A stretch of 64,000 bases of DNA, taken from contig CM097882.1 in NCBI GenBank assembly GCA_044892505.1, forward strand, positions 257,424,001 through 257,488,000. Direction: 5' to 3'. Position 1 is the first letter of the stretch. Every line of letters begins with the position of its first letter. The stretch is from Schmidtea nova (lineage: Eukaryota). Below, piece by piece: positions 27,162 to 41,307 of this stretch. The notes under the pieces are model-generated. The model was not told the origin of the DNA. It did not search any database and saw only the letters and a program-made list of their open reading frames with translations. Made by a program: the position numbers and the translations under genes.

Positions 27162-28611
27162 TACCATTTTCCGGTCAATTCAGTCTTTTTGCCAACCAAT
27201 TTAGTCCTTTTTTAAATAATTTAGTCTTTTTACCAATCAATTTAGTCCTTTAATAATAAATTGAAATTTATAAATTTTATAGCAGTTTAATACAAAAAAA
27301 ACCAACTATAAATTTTTTGATGAACATACGCCATTCCAGCTGCACAATTAATAATATTACGAATAATATATCTAAAATACCCAGAACAATCCCTAGAATT
27401 TATAGTTATTGTTTCTGCCATAATCAGTTCAGATAATGTACCGGTTAAACCTTCCATTAATTTAGATCGAACTCCATTTTTAATTTTAGATTGGGTTTAG
27501 CATATATGAATAAGGTGATAGGAACTTAAAATCAAATCCATATTGAGAAGTTATTCTTTTCATATCATCTCTTCGGTGAATACGCGCATTATCTAAAATT
27601 AAACAGGCGTTCTCCATTTCTTTAACATCTCTTAAGTACCTACATAGCTCGTTAATATATTTATTAAATATATCGGAATTAACTGTTGAATTAGTAATGG
27701 TTTTACAAAATCCCATTCCGTCAACTGTGAGACTGGCAATTAAAGAAACCGAACGACCCCTGACAGTTGGCATTCTTACTATAGCCCTTGTTCCTCGCTT
27801 AGACCTTTCATATGATCTTTTGAGGTGTAAATTAAAACCGCTCTCATCAAAAAAAAGGCTTTTAAATAGTCATTTTCAAAGTAATTATTGAACCATATTG
27901 AGTATTGCTTTCGTAGTTCAATTTTTACCCTTTCAAGCTCTCGATGCGTTAATTTTATCGTGATTTTAAGCTCTTGAAGGCACCTATTGATTGTTGAAAC
28001 GGAAACAATGTTCCTGTTTTGCGATTCAATTTGAAGAGCCCTTTTGATTTGATTTAACGTAAATTGAGAATTGAATGTAACTATGTTCTCAATTTCGTTG
28101 ATAATTTCAGGTGTTAGTATCTTTTTTTGACTTCACCTTTATTTTTCAACTCTGTCTTGCCTCTTTTTTCGTAGTTTTTTAATATAGTTTTTGCTGAACT
28201 ATAATTAATTTCTAATAATGAAGAGGCCTCTTTAATGTTCTGCCCTTGATCATTAACTAAACGTATTAAACTTAGTCTTTTTTCATTTGAAATAGAATTG
28301 TTTTTTCCAGAGCTGTTCCTATTTCTAGTACTATGATTAATTCTGTCTTCACCGTTATTATTCATTAAATAGGGTATTAAAAATTTTTGTAAATCCTTGA
28401 AAGGCGCGGTAAATTAATGATTCTAAATAAATAAATTTTAAAATATTTATTAATTCGAAAATGACTATTTTGACTGAAAAAAAGACTAAATTGATTGGTA
28501 AAAAGACTAAATTGCTTGATAAAAGGACTAAATTGATTGGTAAAAAGACTAAATTATTTAAAAAAGGACTAAATTGGTTGGCAAAAAGACTAAATTGGCT
28601 GGAAAATTGTA
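27162..28611 (-). mobile_element. Tc1/IS630-type transposon, pseudogenised, TIRs built from 21-bp tandem units
   Basis: TA-flanked ends; GACTAAATT units at 28484, 28505, 28526, 28547, 28567 and 28588, with four inverted copies at 27178-27248; HTH N-terminus, FFDESGF, LILDNARIH and LSPYSYMLNPI* with frameshifts. Confidence 0.9.
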
Positions 28612-28903
28612 TATATTCCGCACTTCGTCGGACCCACTCATTTCAAAATTTTACGCAATATTATTAAATATTAAACTACTATTAAAAATAAGTAGTATAA
28701 TTATAATAAATAAAATTCTAGAATTCTATGATGCCTTTGTGTTTTTACCTGTCAATTCCTCCACCGTTTTCTAAATCTACTAATAATAATTATCAATAAA
28801 TAAAATCTGATAAATTGCAAATAAAAAAGTTATTACAAATATCATGGACTAATTGTATTAAATTGTTGCGAAGTATGGAAAAAGAGAATGTAAATATACG
28901 TTG

Positions 28904-28944
28904 TGTTAGGATCAGGCTCTTAGTCAATACAAAGTAAAAATTTG

Positions 28945-28988
<44 letters not shown>

Positions 28989-29875
28989 GAGGAATATACA
29001 TTTTTGACCTTATGAACCCAAATGTAGTGTAAAGACAACTGGAACGGCAAAAATGCGTTAGTTTATGTGCTGACAGAACTCCGTTGATGCAAAGACGGTA
29101 GAAAGGACTTATCGCTCACGTTCGAATTTTTAAACAAAGTGTTAAAATTGTGATTCATGGGACTAGTCAGTTCCGTTTGATTTACACACAAGTTGGAAGC
29201 GCGGCCGCCTGAACTGAATATATACAAGGTCAGATAGGCTAAAAATCACCTTAACAAGGAAATTACGTAAACGACGAGAGTATCGAAAAACAACTGGATA
29301 CCAATAAAAAACAGCGTCACAAAACGTTTGAAATGAATACAAATCTATAAATCGCAGCAGACGCAGAAACTTCAGAATTGATGCACCGAAAAATCGAAAT
29401 TTATCTCGATATCTTAATTAATCTTGAAATTTGTCCGCGGTTTTACATTACGATGCCCTCGGTTAGATAGAGTACCAGATCAATCGATTTGCGATGTCTA
29501 CAACGAATATTACTTTATTTGTAGTTAATAAAACATTTATTTCAAGCCAGCAAGAGTTATTGATTTCCGAAATGCAAAGGTTTTTTTATGTATTTATCCA
29601 TACAACATCATTCTCAGGTAGAATCTGATCACTACTCAATTCGTGGATCGAATATCCAGAAGAATTATATTCGGGGCATTTAATCGGTTATTATTTTATC
29701 CTATTTAACTATTATTTCCATGGTTTTTAAAATTTTGGATTTTTATGTGAGAAATTAAATTAAAATTCTATCTATATACTAATCTTAATGTCTATCTTAC
29801 TATATTAAAAATTACCTACAATTTTATTAAAAATTTAATATTTTTATCTTTTAGAAAATTTGCCGAGGCCCTGAC
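28904..29875 (+). mobile_element. Probable solo LTR related to the 3623 family
   Basis: Starts TGTTAGGATCAGGC exactly as the LTR at 3623; ends GGCCCTGACA; ~970 bp; no TSD recognised. Confidence 0.55.
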
Positions 29876-30691
29876 AACAGGTACCGATGCAAATTTTCCT
29901 AAAAGTTTTTTTTATTATTCCAAAGATTTATTTGAGGTTTTTATGAATTGTATTATAATTTTCTAATTTGAAATTATATTTTTATTTAGGAAACCGAATT
30001 CCGATCGCTTTCTGTCAGGAATACCTACGATCCCCCGAAGAAAGGAAACACTATATAAATAGGAAAGCAAAAATTACTCATTGTAATTGGCCAATTTATA
30101 TTATGTGATTTAATTTTCAATAGTAATTTATTAATTTCTTAAATTTATTTTAGACGTTGGATTTTCATTTACTATTATTTGGGTGTCAGTCAACTTAATC
30201 GTTATTCTCTTTCAGTAAATCAAATGAAGATGCATTCAATACAAGGGCTTTCAACGGTCACTGGTTTATTCTCTATCCTCTCGTACAATATGGAATAAAT
30301 TTATTTTCTCTGATTTCGTCAAAACATAGCCTTCTCTGCAAAAGGAATCGAACTGTATTTGTTCCAGGATACCATGTGCCGGGTTTTCTTACATCATGGA
30401 TTTTCAAAAATCGAAAGTGTGATTGTATAGACAAATCGCTAAATTATGATTGTCACTGAAGAAAAGTAATTGATCTTGTGTTTAATTTCATGGAATATAT
30501 AGTATAATCAAACGTTTGTTTCCTCTTTCCATTTAAATTATCCCTGTGGAAAGGGAAACATCTAGTAATAAATACTCTTATAAAAATATGGTTTCTCAGA
30601 AACGTCTTTTCCACATTACATCGGGTTCTGCCATTGATGATTCTTACAATGGATCTTTAAATAAAAATATAATAAAAAATTGTCCTTTTAA

Positions 30692-31581
30692 CCCTTTCGC
30701 CCCTATTGGGACAATACGTCCCAGAAACTTTCATCATGATCCTACTGGGATATTTTCAAAGCAATTTGCGGTGTTAAAGTTTATTTTCAGTGTTTCATTG
30801 TTCTATTTGAATTTAAAATATTTACCGTTAGAATTTTTCTTATATTTCTGTCAATTTTAATATAACTCGTGGACGGTCTCTTTTAGTGCTGAAGTAAATT
30901 TACAAATTTTAAGTGTTTTCATAAAAATAAAAAAAAATAACATAATATTTTATTTTCGGAGCATAAAAATAACCGAATTACATTATAAAAAGTAAGTATT
31001 AATAAAATTTGTAGAATATATTCGTAGTTTTTACTTTTGGGATTATATATCCCAACAGTATTTTATGGATTTTTTAATTGGGATATATGGTCCCAATAGT
31101 ATTTTACATTAATGATTTTCTATTTTTTTTTAAAAAAATAGAATGTCTAACAGAAAAAAACTACTGGATCACGAAATAGAAGCACTTATGAATGCTAGTA
31201 GCGATGATGATGATCCAGATTTTGCAGTTTTTTTTGATACAGATTCAGAATATTTACCGAGTGATGTTGAAGAAGCAAATGAAAATATGGATGGAATAGT
31301 AAATCAATCTAACATTGATGAAGAAGAACATTGAACAAAATTGTTGTTCAATTGTTCAATTGAACATTGAAGAAATTGAACAAAACATCATGCAACATGA
31401 TATTTGGGTTGCTACTGCTGAAAATTTTCGTCCTCGTATGGAAATACCACCAGAAATTCGGCCCAGTATAATTGCTGAACTAGATAGGTCATCAAGTGAG
31501 TTAGAAACTTTATTGAAAATATTTCCTAGAAGTTTATTTATTCATATTGCCGATTGCACAAACAAACAAAAAAAAATGTGA
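30692..31581 (+). mobile_element. piggyBac 5' fragment
   Basis: TTAA|CCCTTTCG left end; acidic N-terminus (31143-31334) and LKIFPRSLFIHIADCTNK at the start of the piggyBac DDD domain; truncated. Confidence 0.75.
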
Positions 31582-31851
31582 AATTTTATAGCTACAAGTT
31601 AAATTTTATTTAAATTTGAGTGCGGAATTCGTTCATGTTTTTCACTCCTGTCTTTTATTGTTATAGAATAGAATATTCCTGATTTATATTTAAAGTTAGG
31701 TGCAAGAATAAATTTTTTGTCTGAGTTAGCCGTTATTAGGTTTCCATCATAGGAGTGATATGAGCTATTTAACATGAAATGTTACGAGTCCGGATTTCCG
31801 CAATTTCTTAATTGATTGGGAAAAGAGTTGGTTTTACTTGTTGTTTATCGG

Positions 31852-31869
31852 ATCCCACTTCTGACACCA
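31852..31869 (-). promoter_or_regulatory. Orphan PBS complementary to tRNA-Leu(CAA)
   Basis: Minus strand reads TGGTGTCAGAAGTGGGAT, the classic Leu PBS; no intact downstream ORF. Confidence 0.7.
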
Positions 31870-33119
31870 TTTTCGTATCTTAAACGATGATAATGCTTGC
31901 ACTTGTTTGATTATATTGCTTTATTCGTAAGAACTGAAATTCCCAAGCAGATCAAGTTCATAAGCCGTTAATTAAATTCCAATATCTATTTTTTTAAAGT
32001 ATCAACAACAATTAATAACTCTTTATATTTTAAAATAAATCCAAACAATTTACAAAATTCTTAATTATTTAAATAACCTTCAGTAAAATAAAAGATAATT
32101 AAACTAAACTTTTTATGTTCATTCATTTGGTAAGCTGCAAAATTGCCAATAATTTGAAAATAATATATCTGGAATAGATTTGGGATAATCTATATTGCAT
32201 TTAATACGCAGTTTAAGATTAATAGAATTATCATAGGACTATTTGATTGAACTTGACAAACCCGATAGATTATCAACCATGTGGCTTTCTTTCGAATTTG
32301 GCGCGATCATTTAGGATACTTTGAGTTGAAACGAATTTTGGCGATTGTACTTTATTCAAACTCATTCTATTGAAACTTCTTTCAAATTCAACAAATCCCA
32401 CAACAATGGTACTCATGTCGGCACTGCCGACACATATCAATCCGCCGGTTTGAGACGATTTGAATTTTAGTTTCTTTCGTTTCATAGATCGTATGAGTGA
32501 AGAAGGAGATTGGTGAGTGACAGGTGGTTTTTGGTATTCTATCTTTGAAGGTGATTGAAGAACTCTTCTCAGAAATTCACACACATTCGGACATGCCCGC
32601 CGAACAAAAATAAAATTCTCACCACAGGGGGTATGAATTTATCGGTTTCTGTCCCAGATGTTAGTTAAACCATTATATTTGATAATTATATTTTCCTGGA
32701 TAGGGTAGTTAGATCAATGGGTCTTATTGAGTGAAATAGTAGATTTTCCTCATAGTATAATTAAGTTTGGCGGGTTATGTGTACTGCAAAACGAGATAAT
32801 CAACACTATATGATGTCATATGATGCAAGTTGGTAAATTTCATGTAGTTGTATAGGTTAAATAGGAAATTTTCAGTATGATGATTTGGTAAATGATGCTA
32901 ATGGGTGAAGTGGATAGCATGATGATAAATATAAATAAGTGGAATGTTACTGAAACTTGCTAGATGTGGACTATTAATGACTGAGGTGATGGGATTTGAA
33001 TGGATGTATGGGTGGGTAAATTCTCTTTCGTAGTGCTGGGTGTGGATGCTGATTTCTGACTACACTGATTAGATGAATTTGTGAATAGGGATGTTGTGGG
33101 ATGCAACTAAATTATATAA

Positions 33120-35250
33120 TTGGATGCTGTGAGTTGCAAGTATACATATTATGAGATGTTATTTGCAATGAATTAGTAACATGGGATGTCGTAGATGCAA
33201 ATTGATAATTATATGTACTTTTATAGACGAAATAGTGAGTTTTCAGTGTAGTAATTTGAATATATATGATGCGGTTGGATGAAGTGGGTAATTCAATGAT
33301 GAATGTGAATGGGTAATTTTTTTGCATGGATTTTCTGGATGTATGATGCTGATGGGTGTTAATGAATGAAATGATGTGGTATGTGTGTAATTGTAGATGA
33401 ATAGATTTTTTATGTTGTATTAGATATGGATGGTGTTAATAGGTGGTATGGGTGTATTCAGTTGTGAATATGAGTGTATAATTATTTCGTGATATCGTGG
33501 GGAGGGGTATTTTATAAAATTTATAATTTCTTCAAAATAAATTTAAATTTAAAATTCTAAAAAATTTATATGTAATAATAAGATTTTTGGTTTATAATTT
33601 TTACATTCTAAAGATCCCATCCTAATTTTTACATAATTATTCACAAAAATAAAATTTATTTTGATAACAATCATATGCGAAATTTTGATAAAATATATAT
33701 AAAGTTTCAAGACATTTCTTTTGGAAATTTCGAATAGATAAAATGTTCAGAGGTTTTTTATAGTAAGATTTTGGACTTAAAGTGGAGTTCAATTGAATAA
33801 TATCAAATATGATCCGAAAGTGTAATACAATATAGACATTTCTATTACTCTTTGAGGTGTTAGTTAAGAACTTTTAATATATTCGACTTCTTAAATGACT
33901 TTGCTATTTCTTTCATAGTGAGGTAAAGACGACATTCATTGAGCGAAGGCGATTTACGAGATGAATGAACATTTTTGATTTATTTTTATTATGTCCGAAT
34001 TTTTATATAGTTGTGAGAGCTATGCAATTTGATATAAATAAATATCAATAAAATACTATAGGAAAAATATTTATTTGCGTTTTTGGATACCATATCGCAC
34101 TTTAATATAAATGTAATAGGATTCTAGACGTTAAATTAATTTGAAAAATACTTGCCCTTGGCCAAGACACTGTTTCCAAACATTAGTGTATGGGATGAAG
34201 TGATCATGGATGTGTGGGCCTCGCCTTAGATAAAAATATGGACTGACCGTTGATGAACCTCAACTAAACAGCGATCCACCTAGGCTACTTTCGTCAGTAC
34301 AACTCAAGGCCAGACTGACTTCAGAATGTACGGAAGTGATTTTAATGAGAAAAAATATAGATATGCATATAAATAAATAACAAAATGTGACAAAATTAAA
34401 ATTTAAATAGAAAAATTATAATTTCCAAAAAAAATCATGAATAACATATTAAATCGTACAATAACGTATTACCAATATTCCAATTGAAAGGCCAATTAAA
34501 ATACCTACGGCAGGGTAACGAGGGCGTGACTAGCTAGCCTGCATAATAGAACAATTCAAGATCCTCACATGCTTGTCTTGGAATTTTCGCAAAACCTCCG
34601 GATTCTAAAAGTCGGGAACTGATTGATTGTTTTCCCAGTTGGTTTTGTAAAAATTTTCAAAAATATCACTTTCGCAGAAATTTCTCAAAATTTTCGAACA
34701 AATTCTGATGATTTCCATTTTGATGGCGGTATTTATAGGATGTTCTGCATGTTGTTTCCATTGTCGCAGTAAAAAAATTGTTCTAGAAGGAATTTTCGAC
34801 TTTTCCAAAATTAATTTTAACAATTTTACGCAAAACTGAATTATTATTTTTGCATAAAATTTTAATAAAACTTTAAATAATTTATTTTTAATCTAAAATT
34901 TTAATTTTGAATTAAAGTTTTCCCTAATTTAGTTTAATTTGTTACATTTTTAACTAAAACAATTTTCTTTTATATTTTTACGAATTTTTAAGATAAAATC
35001 AAAATTTTCCTTCTAAAAATACTTTAATTTGTCCTAATTTGTAGTTTTATTACATAATTGATGTTTTTATGTTATATATGTATTTTCCACGTGTATATTT
35101 GATGAGCTTTTTGTTAATTTTAATTTTTAAACGTGTTTTATTTAATTATTTCTGTTTTACTTCGAGTTTTGACTCAAAGAATTTTAAATTTACTTCGTGC
35201 GCGCTCTCTACGTGCTGTGTTACCGCTTCATTTAAACAACTCTTAGTTTT
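33120..35250. repeat. Copy B of the unclassified interspersed repeat
   Basis: Collinear with 23250-26140. Confidence 0.85.
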
Positions 35251-36573
35251 TGCCCAACAAAATTATAAAATTTAATACAAGTAAATATCTGTTTTATCGA
35301 AATAAATTATCCCCTTATACTATTAAATTATATTAAAATTTTGGATAAAAATTTAACTTTAATTTTGAATTATCACCAAGGCCTTAGAAACGGCTATAAT
35401 ACATCGAATTTCTATTATTAGTCTTATTCTATCTTAATTCATGGAAAATTTATGAAAAATATCTTTAAAAAATTTTAAGTTAGTTTATGAAAATTAAGAA
35501 TCTCAGATGACCCCCTTTTAAATATCCTTACTGTAAATTAGTAAAATACTAATTCTACAGCCTAATTGTAAAAAAATTGTATATTATTTTTTATCTGTGT
35601 ATTATTGTGATATCGTCTAATTTACAGCATCACGAACAAGGAAAATCTATTAATTTCTCATGGAACTTTGAAAAACAATTTTTAAAGCGGTTTGATTTCA
35701 GATGTATGATATTCGATTGAATTTGTATTGTTTTGTAATATAATTCTGCCAAATATAGAAAGTAATGGACTAACTCATTTTAAGTTAATTCTGGTGATTT
35801 CCGTAATTGACAATTATTTGGATTTATATCTCTGTCATTTACGGTGAAATTTCTTCAAATGTGAATGCTCTTTTCCAATATCAGGTGGGTAAAATTTTGT
35901 AAATCTTATCGTAAACTCTTGGAAATAACTCTTGTCAATTCTGTTAAGATGTAAATTAAGATAAATAGTACTTCTTATTTGATAAATTTATAATACCTTA
36001 GATACATGTTAGAGATTTTTATGAATTTAAATTAGATTGTATAAAATCTTGTATACATATTGTATAAATATTGAAAATCATAAAATTCTAAATTAATTAG
36101 CTTAACAGGGTCTATTTACTTTAAATAAAGTAATTGTTGAAAGAATATTTTCATTTATATGAATTTCTGTTAACTAATTGGAATTGGTATTTAGATATGA
36201 TAACTAATTCTTTATTTCAGCTAGAAATCAGAGAAAACACGCCAGAGCCGATGTCAGAAAGAGGCAATCAAGACTCTCGAGTGATATTCGGCGTAATCTT
36301 TGTGAAAAATAAAATTTTATTGGTCTACATTTTGATGATATTTAAGTAGGAGAGTATGTATAGAAGGTTCGATCGTGTACGTGACTTCAGATGAAACAGG
36401 GTTAACCCTTTCGCTGCATGAACCGTACGAAGCCGTAAAATATTTTTGTGGCTCGTATGCTAGAATCGGTTTAATACGCAGGCAAAATTTTGGTACTAAC
36501 TGCGTAGAAAGAACGCATATGCTGCATTATAATTATGTTATAACAAATAAAAATTACCTTTCGTTTTAATGGG

Positions 36574-37590
36574 ATGGAGAAACACTTCATCGACAACTAC
36601 AGGATCAACTCCTTCTCAACTTTTATTCGGAACACAAACAATCCAACCTTAGAGGAACTAGAGGCAACAAGAGCACACTTCCTCACTATCAACTCAGACC
36701 CTCAATTCACAACAAGTACCACATATAAACCGTATATTCCACGAAGTTTTGAAAAAGAAACTCACGTTTGGATCAGAACAACATCTGATTCTGGTTTAAA
36801 ACCAAGATACCTAGGCCCACACAAACTTGTAAAGATGACTGATAATCACGCACATGTGATCATCGATGGACAAAATCAGACAATAAACTTAAGTCGATTA
36901 AAACCAGCATTAGGTATCATCGAACAAAAAAATTCACAAGACTATGAAGTTGAACACTTCGTAGAAAGAAACCACGATTTCATGTACAATCAAGATTTTA
37001 GTTCAAGCCCAAATGATGGTTACCAAAACAATGTCCAAAATCAAAATCAAACGAATGATTTTGAGACAATGACAACAATACCAAACAACACCGAACAAAC
37101 ATACAAACCAAACACATCAATTGAAACCCAAGACTTAAAGAACAAACAATCAAACAAAAAATCGATTTTAAAAAACAACCAACAAGGCAGACCTTCATCA
37201 AATACAAGATCCAAAAAGACATCATTCGCATATAGGGTACGCGAAAGAACAATAGAACAACCGATAAATACTCCTACACGGTTGATACGCTTCATAAAAT
37301 AACCAAAAAACACTTATAACTTCTTTTCTTCTTCTCCTTTTTCCCTAACTCCCCAAAATTGTCGCAAGTTTGTACAAATCTGTAAATAAACATGTAAATA
37401 TAAAGAGTGCTAGTTTCGGACAATGGTTCCTACATGCTCCGCACTTTTTCCGGGGGGCTATATGTAAGTAACTCTTCTAGTTACTGTATTTTTTATTATG
37501 TTTTTTGTTTGATTGTTTGAATGTGATAAAAAGGAATAAGTGATATCTAATCACAAAATAAATAAATCAATAATATTTTTAATATTTTTT
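36574..37590 (+). mobile_element. Ty3/gypsy 3' fragment: integrase C-terminus, PPT and LTR start
   Basis: HVWIRTTSDSGLKPRYLGPHKLV...TINLSRLKPA (GPY/F region); TTTTCCGGGGGGCTA then TGTAAG at 37463. Confidence 0.8.
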
Positions 37591-37775
37591 AATACTTTGC
37601 AATTGTAATATTTTATCAATTATATTCATCTTCTGAAGAATACTTTGCAATTATAATACTTTATCAATTATATTCATCTTCTGAAGAATACTTTGCAATT
37701 ATAATACTTTATCAATTATATTCATCTTCTGAAGAATACTTTGCAATTATAATACTTTATCAATTATATTCATCT
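37591..37775. repeat. ~49-bp tandem repeat, about 4 copies
   Basis: AATACTTTGCAATTATAATACTTTATCAATTATATTCATCTTCTGAAG units. Confidence 0.9.
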
Positions 37776-40700
37776 ACCGAAGATCGGTTAAAGATATGTT
37801 TGATATTCCAATGGATAGTGATGAAGACAATGATGGTGATTTTCAAGGCAATAGTGACGAAGAAAATATAAGTGACTATAGTGAAGATAAAGTTGAAATG
37901 GATCCGGTTTTACTTACAAATAGAGAAGAAGAAAGTGAGCAAGAATACATAGGTCCTACCCAGAAAAAGAAGAAGAATTTGAATGGGAAAAAACTGATAT
38001 TTTTTTACCTACAGTTCACGACTTTTCAGAAAAAAATTCAGGTTGTGTAGATAAGAATTTAAAACAATCCTGTGGTATACTGGAATGTTTTGAAGCATTT
38101 TTTCATCTCATTTGATGGAAAAAATTACCTAAGAAACAAATAATTTTTATAAATACACAGTTGCACTAAATGTTTTTGAAGATAAATCACGTTTGAAGAA
38201 ATGGAAAGATACAACAGTTGATGAATTGTATTGCTTCCTTGCTGTTAATATGCTAATGCCACAAATGAAAAAATGAAAAATTAACGATTATTGGAGCACT
38301 GATGCTTACTTAAACACACCAATTTTTCCTAAATTAATGTCACGCGATCGATATCTTCTTTTATTACGAATCCTGCATTTTTCAGACAATGATCACGTTG
38401 ATAAGGAAGATAAACTTTTTAAGTTACGATGTATAATAAATCATGTTAAATCTGCCTACAAGCGTGTGATGTACCCATTCAAAAATTTATGTATTGATGA
38501 AAGTTTGATGTTGTTTAAAGGACGATTATATTTTAAACAATACATCCCATCAAAGAGGCATCGATTTGGTGTGAAACTTTTCATATTATATGATAGTAAA
38601 ACAGGATATATTGCCAATTTTATTATCTATACTGGGGCTCATACTTAAGTGAAAACGTTGGTCGACAATGTTGGTAAATCAGGAAATATTGTTCTTATAT
38701 TATTGGAACCATACCTGGATAAAAGTCATGCTTTATTTGTCGACAACTGGTATTCAAGCCCACAACTTTTTAGCTATCTTCATGAGCGCAATACAAATGC
38801 ATGTGGTACAGTAAGAAAAAATAGAAATTGCATGCCGAAAATGAGCAAAAAATTAAAGAAAGGAGAATGCGTTGCTTATAGAACAAATAATCTTTTAGCA
38901 ATCAAGTGGATGGATAAGAGAAAGATTAGAATGCTGACCACGATGCACTCTAATGATATAATATCGAACGGAAAGAAAGATACTAAAGGCAATGAAATAA
39001 TAAAACCAGAATGTATTGTTAATTATAATTTCAATATGGGAGCTGTTGACAAAACAGACATGCTAGAAAGTTCTGAAGTCAGTAATAAAAAGTATCAATT
39101 GGTACAAAAAACTTTTTTTCCATATATTGGACATGAGTGTATTGAATGCTCATACTATATATGAACTAAATTCAGGAGTTAAAATACCACTGTTGCAATA
39201 TATATTTTAGCGCTAGTAAAAGCAATTATTACAAAATATAAAAAGAATGAACCGCGAGCGTCATCCAGTAAAGCACAAGAAAACAACACCTTACCTTTCC
39301 GCCTTACCGAAAGGCATTTTGACGCCATTTATCCGCCGAAGGAAAAGACAAATAAACCACAATCTAAAAGATGCGTCGTGTGTTATAAGCAAGGCGTAAG
39401 AAGAGAAACTCGATATACATGCAAAGATTGTGTTGTTCCTCTTCGTGTAGTGCCGTGTTTTGAGAAATATCATACTCAAATGAAAGTTTAAATATATGTT
39501 TTATATGTTCAATATGTTTTCTTTACCTTTATGTAATGCTTATCAATAAAACGCAAGTTATAAACAAAATGTTTGTTTTTTGTTATTAAATAGTAAATTA
39601 ACTGCGGATACCATGTATATACGCACGTACATCATACATAGTACGACAAACGTACTAATCCGCGCGCCTAAAAAAACGCCGCACAGGAGGTCCAGAGCGC
39701 TTAAACACGCGCCGCAGCTAAAGGGTTGACAAATTATTACATAGATAAAACTACCGATAATTCACACGTTCTCAAAATTAATTTTCAACTGTCATTAAAA
39801 TTGTCATAAAGAAAAAATAATTTATATTTTTCGTTTGGATTTTTAATTAAGTTAATTTTTACAATAAAATTATATATAAAAAAACATAATTGTACCGTAG
39901 GACCTAATTATTAATTAGGAAAATCTGCGATAAAATTTTTCTAATAAAAAATTTTCTTTACATTACTGGCTGTAGTATAAAAATTCTATAAACCAGACAA
40001 AATTTTTACATAAAAAACTTTTCCCGATAAATTTTTGCAAGAAAAAAATTTTCATTTTTATTGTTAACGGTAACGGAAATCTTTTATGAAATAAAAATAA
40101 TTTTCATTAAAATTTCATTAAGTTTTATTTCTAAATAAACATAATTTTCTATAAATCATCATCATATTAAATTAGGATTTAAATGGGTTTTGTATCCAAA
40201 TAAAATATACATTAACCTTACATATGTTGAGTTTTTAATATTTGATGTTATTAACTCAACTTCGGTCACTAGTATATAAATGAAATAAAATAACTGTTTA
40301 AAAACTTTATTTGAAAAATATAACAGTGTACAATGAGACTTTACCCTTTACCACCAAAGTTTTCTCGAATTTGTAAATTTGTAACAATTAAATATTAAAT
40401 GTTTTGCTTGCAAATGCCTAAGCTGGGCTATGTTTTGTACGCTTTAATTTGAGTCTTCTAGTTTATTTCAAACTTAGAAATTTAGGCGCAAAACCCTTTT
40501 TTTGAGTGGTTTGACTGAAAAATCAGTCAGTATTTATACTTTTTGTGTTGTGTCTTTTTGTAGAGATAAGGGTCATTATGTTGTCAATAATTTGTTTTTT
40601 GTAGACAGTTTTATTTTTAGACATCTTCATTTTTATATTGTACTTATGCATATTATTTTTTTAATTTTGTTATTATCATTATTATTATTATTTACAATAA

Positions 40701-40932
40701 TATATTCTGCCGGAAAATTGAAAGTCAACCAACGAGGTAATTTCCACGATCGATTTGCATGAATCTCGCGAGAAACAGGTGGTAATGAGGTATGAGCTGC
40801 GTAGCAAGATCAATTAACACTAGTGTCTGGTTTGCATGTCTGAATGGAATATTTTTATTTTGTTTTTAAGGCACTTATGTGCCATTGATATGGTATTTTA
40901 TTTTTTGAGGCATTATTTTTTTTAATTTTACC

Positions 40933-41307
40933 ATTTGAGAAATGAGCAGAAACCCCTGCAAACTCGGCTGGATGACCAAAAGAAATCCCGTTAGCAGCGT
41001 CTATCGGCCAAACTCCTATCAACCCCAATGGAAATCGACTACTTTTCGAGACACTCCAACAAAGCTGGGAGCCGCCGAACCATACCCAATCCGTTCCAAC
41101 GAAACTCCAGGTTTCGTTACAAGTTTCGACAACTCCCTGCTGCTCTGATATTCTTTGTTTATGATTTTCGCAATTATCCATTCTAACGACACCCTCCACA
41201 CAATGCTCCACAGTCGTGAGATACCTTATCAAATAATCCTTTCGAACTTCGCAAACACAAGACAGCTCTGCTGGAAATGAAGACGGAATGACAGGTAAAT
41301 TTTCCAT
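40933..41307 (-). CDS. Possible first exon of an unknown gene (MENLPVIPSSFPAELSCVC...)
   Basis: About 125 open codons at raised GC between AT-rich flanks; GT donor-like site ATG|GTAAAAT at the 3' end; no motif recognised. Confidence 0.3.

Larger units (their letters stand above)
36406..39725 (+). mobile_element. piggyBac element (PGBD4-like), transposase pseudogenised, with a nested gypsy fragment
   Basis: TTAA|CCCTTTCGCTGC ... GCAGCTAAAGGG|TTGA; CIDESLMLFKGR, LFVDNWYSSP, MGAVDKTDML and a C-terminal CVVC...CKDC...PCF cysteine-rich domain, across several frames (37796-39490). Confidence 0.92.

Noticed and set aside
28461-28667. Lys-rich repetitive ORF (KKTKLIG repeats)
   Set aside because: Translation of the 21-bp TIR repeats.
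29990-30460. Possible host exons (GNRIPIAFCQEYLRSPEERKHY...; SKSNEDAFNTRAFNGHWF...)
   Set aside because: Acceptor-like sites exist but I could not build a consistent spliced frame or recognise a product.
32273-32584. 103-aa minus-strand ORF near the orphan Leu PBS
   Set aside because: It lies upstream of the PBS on that strand so cannot be its gag; no motif.
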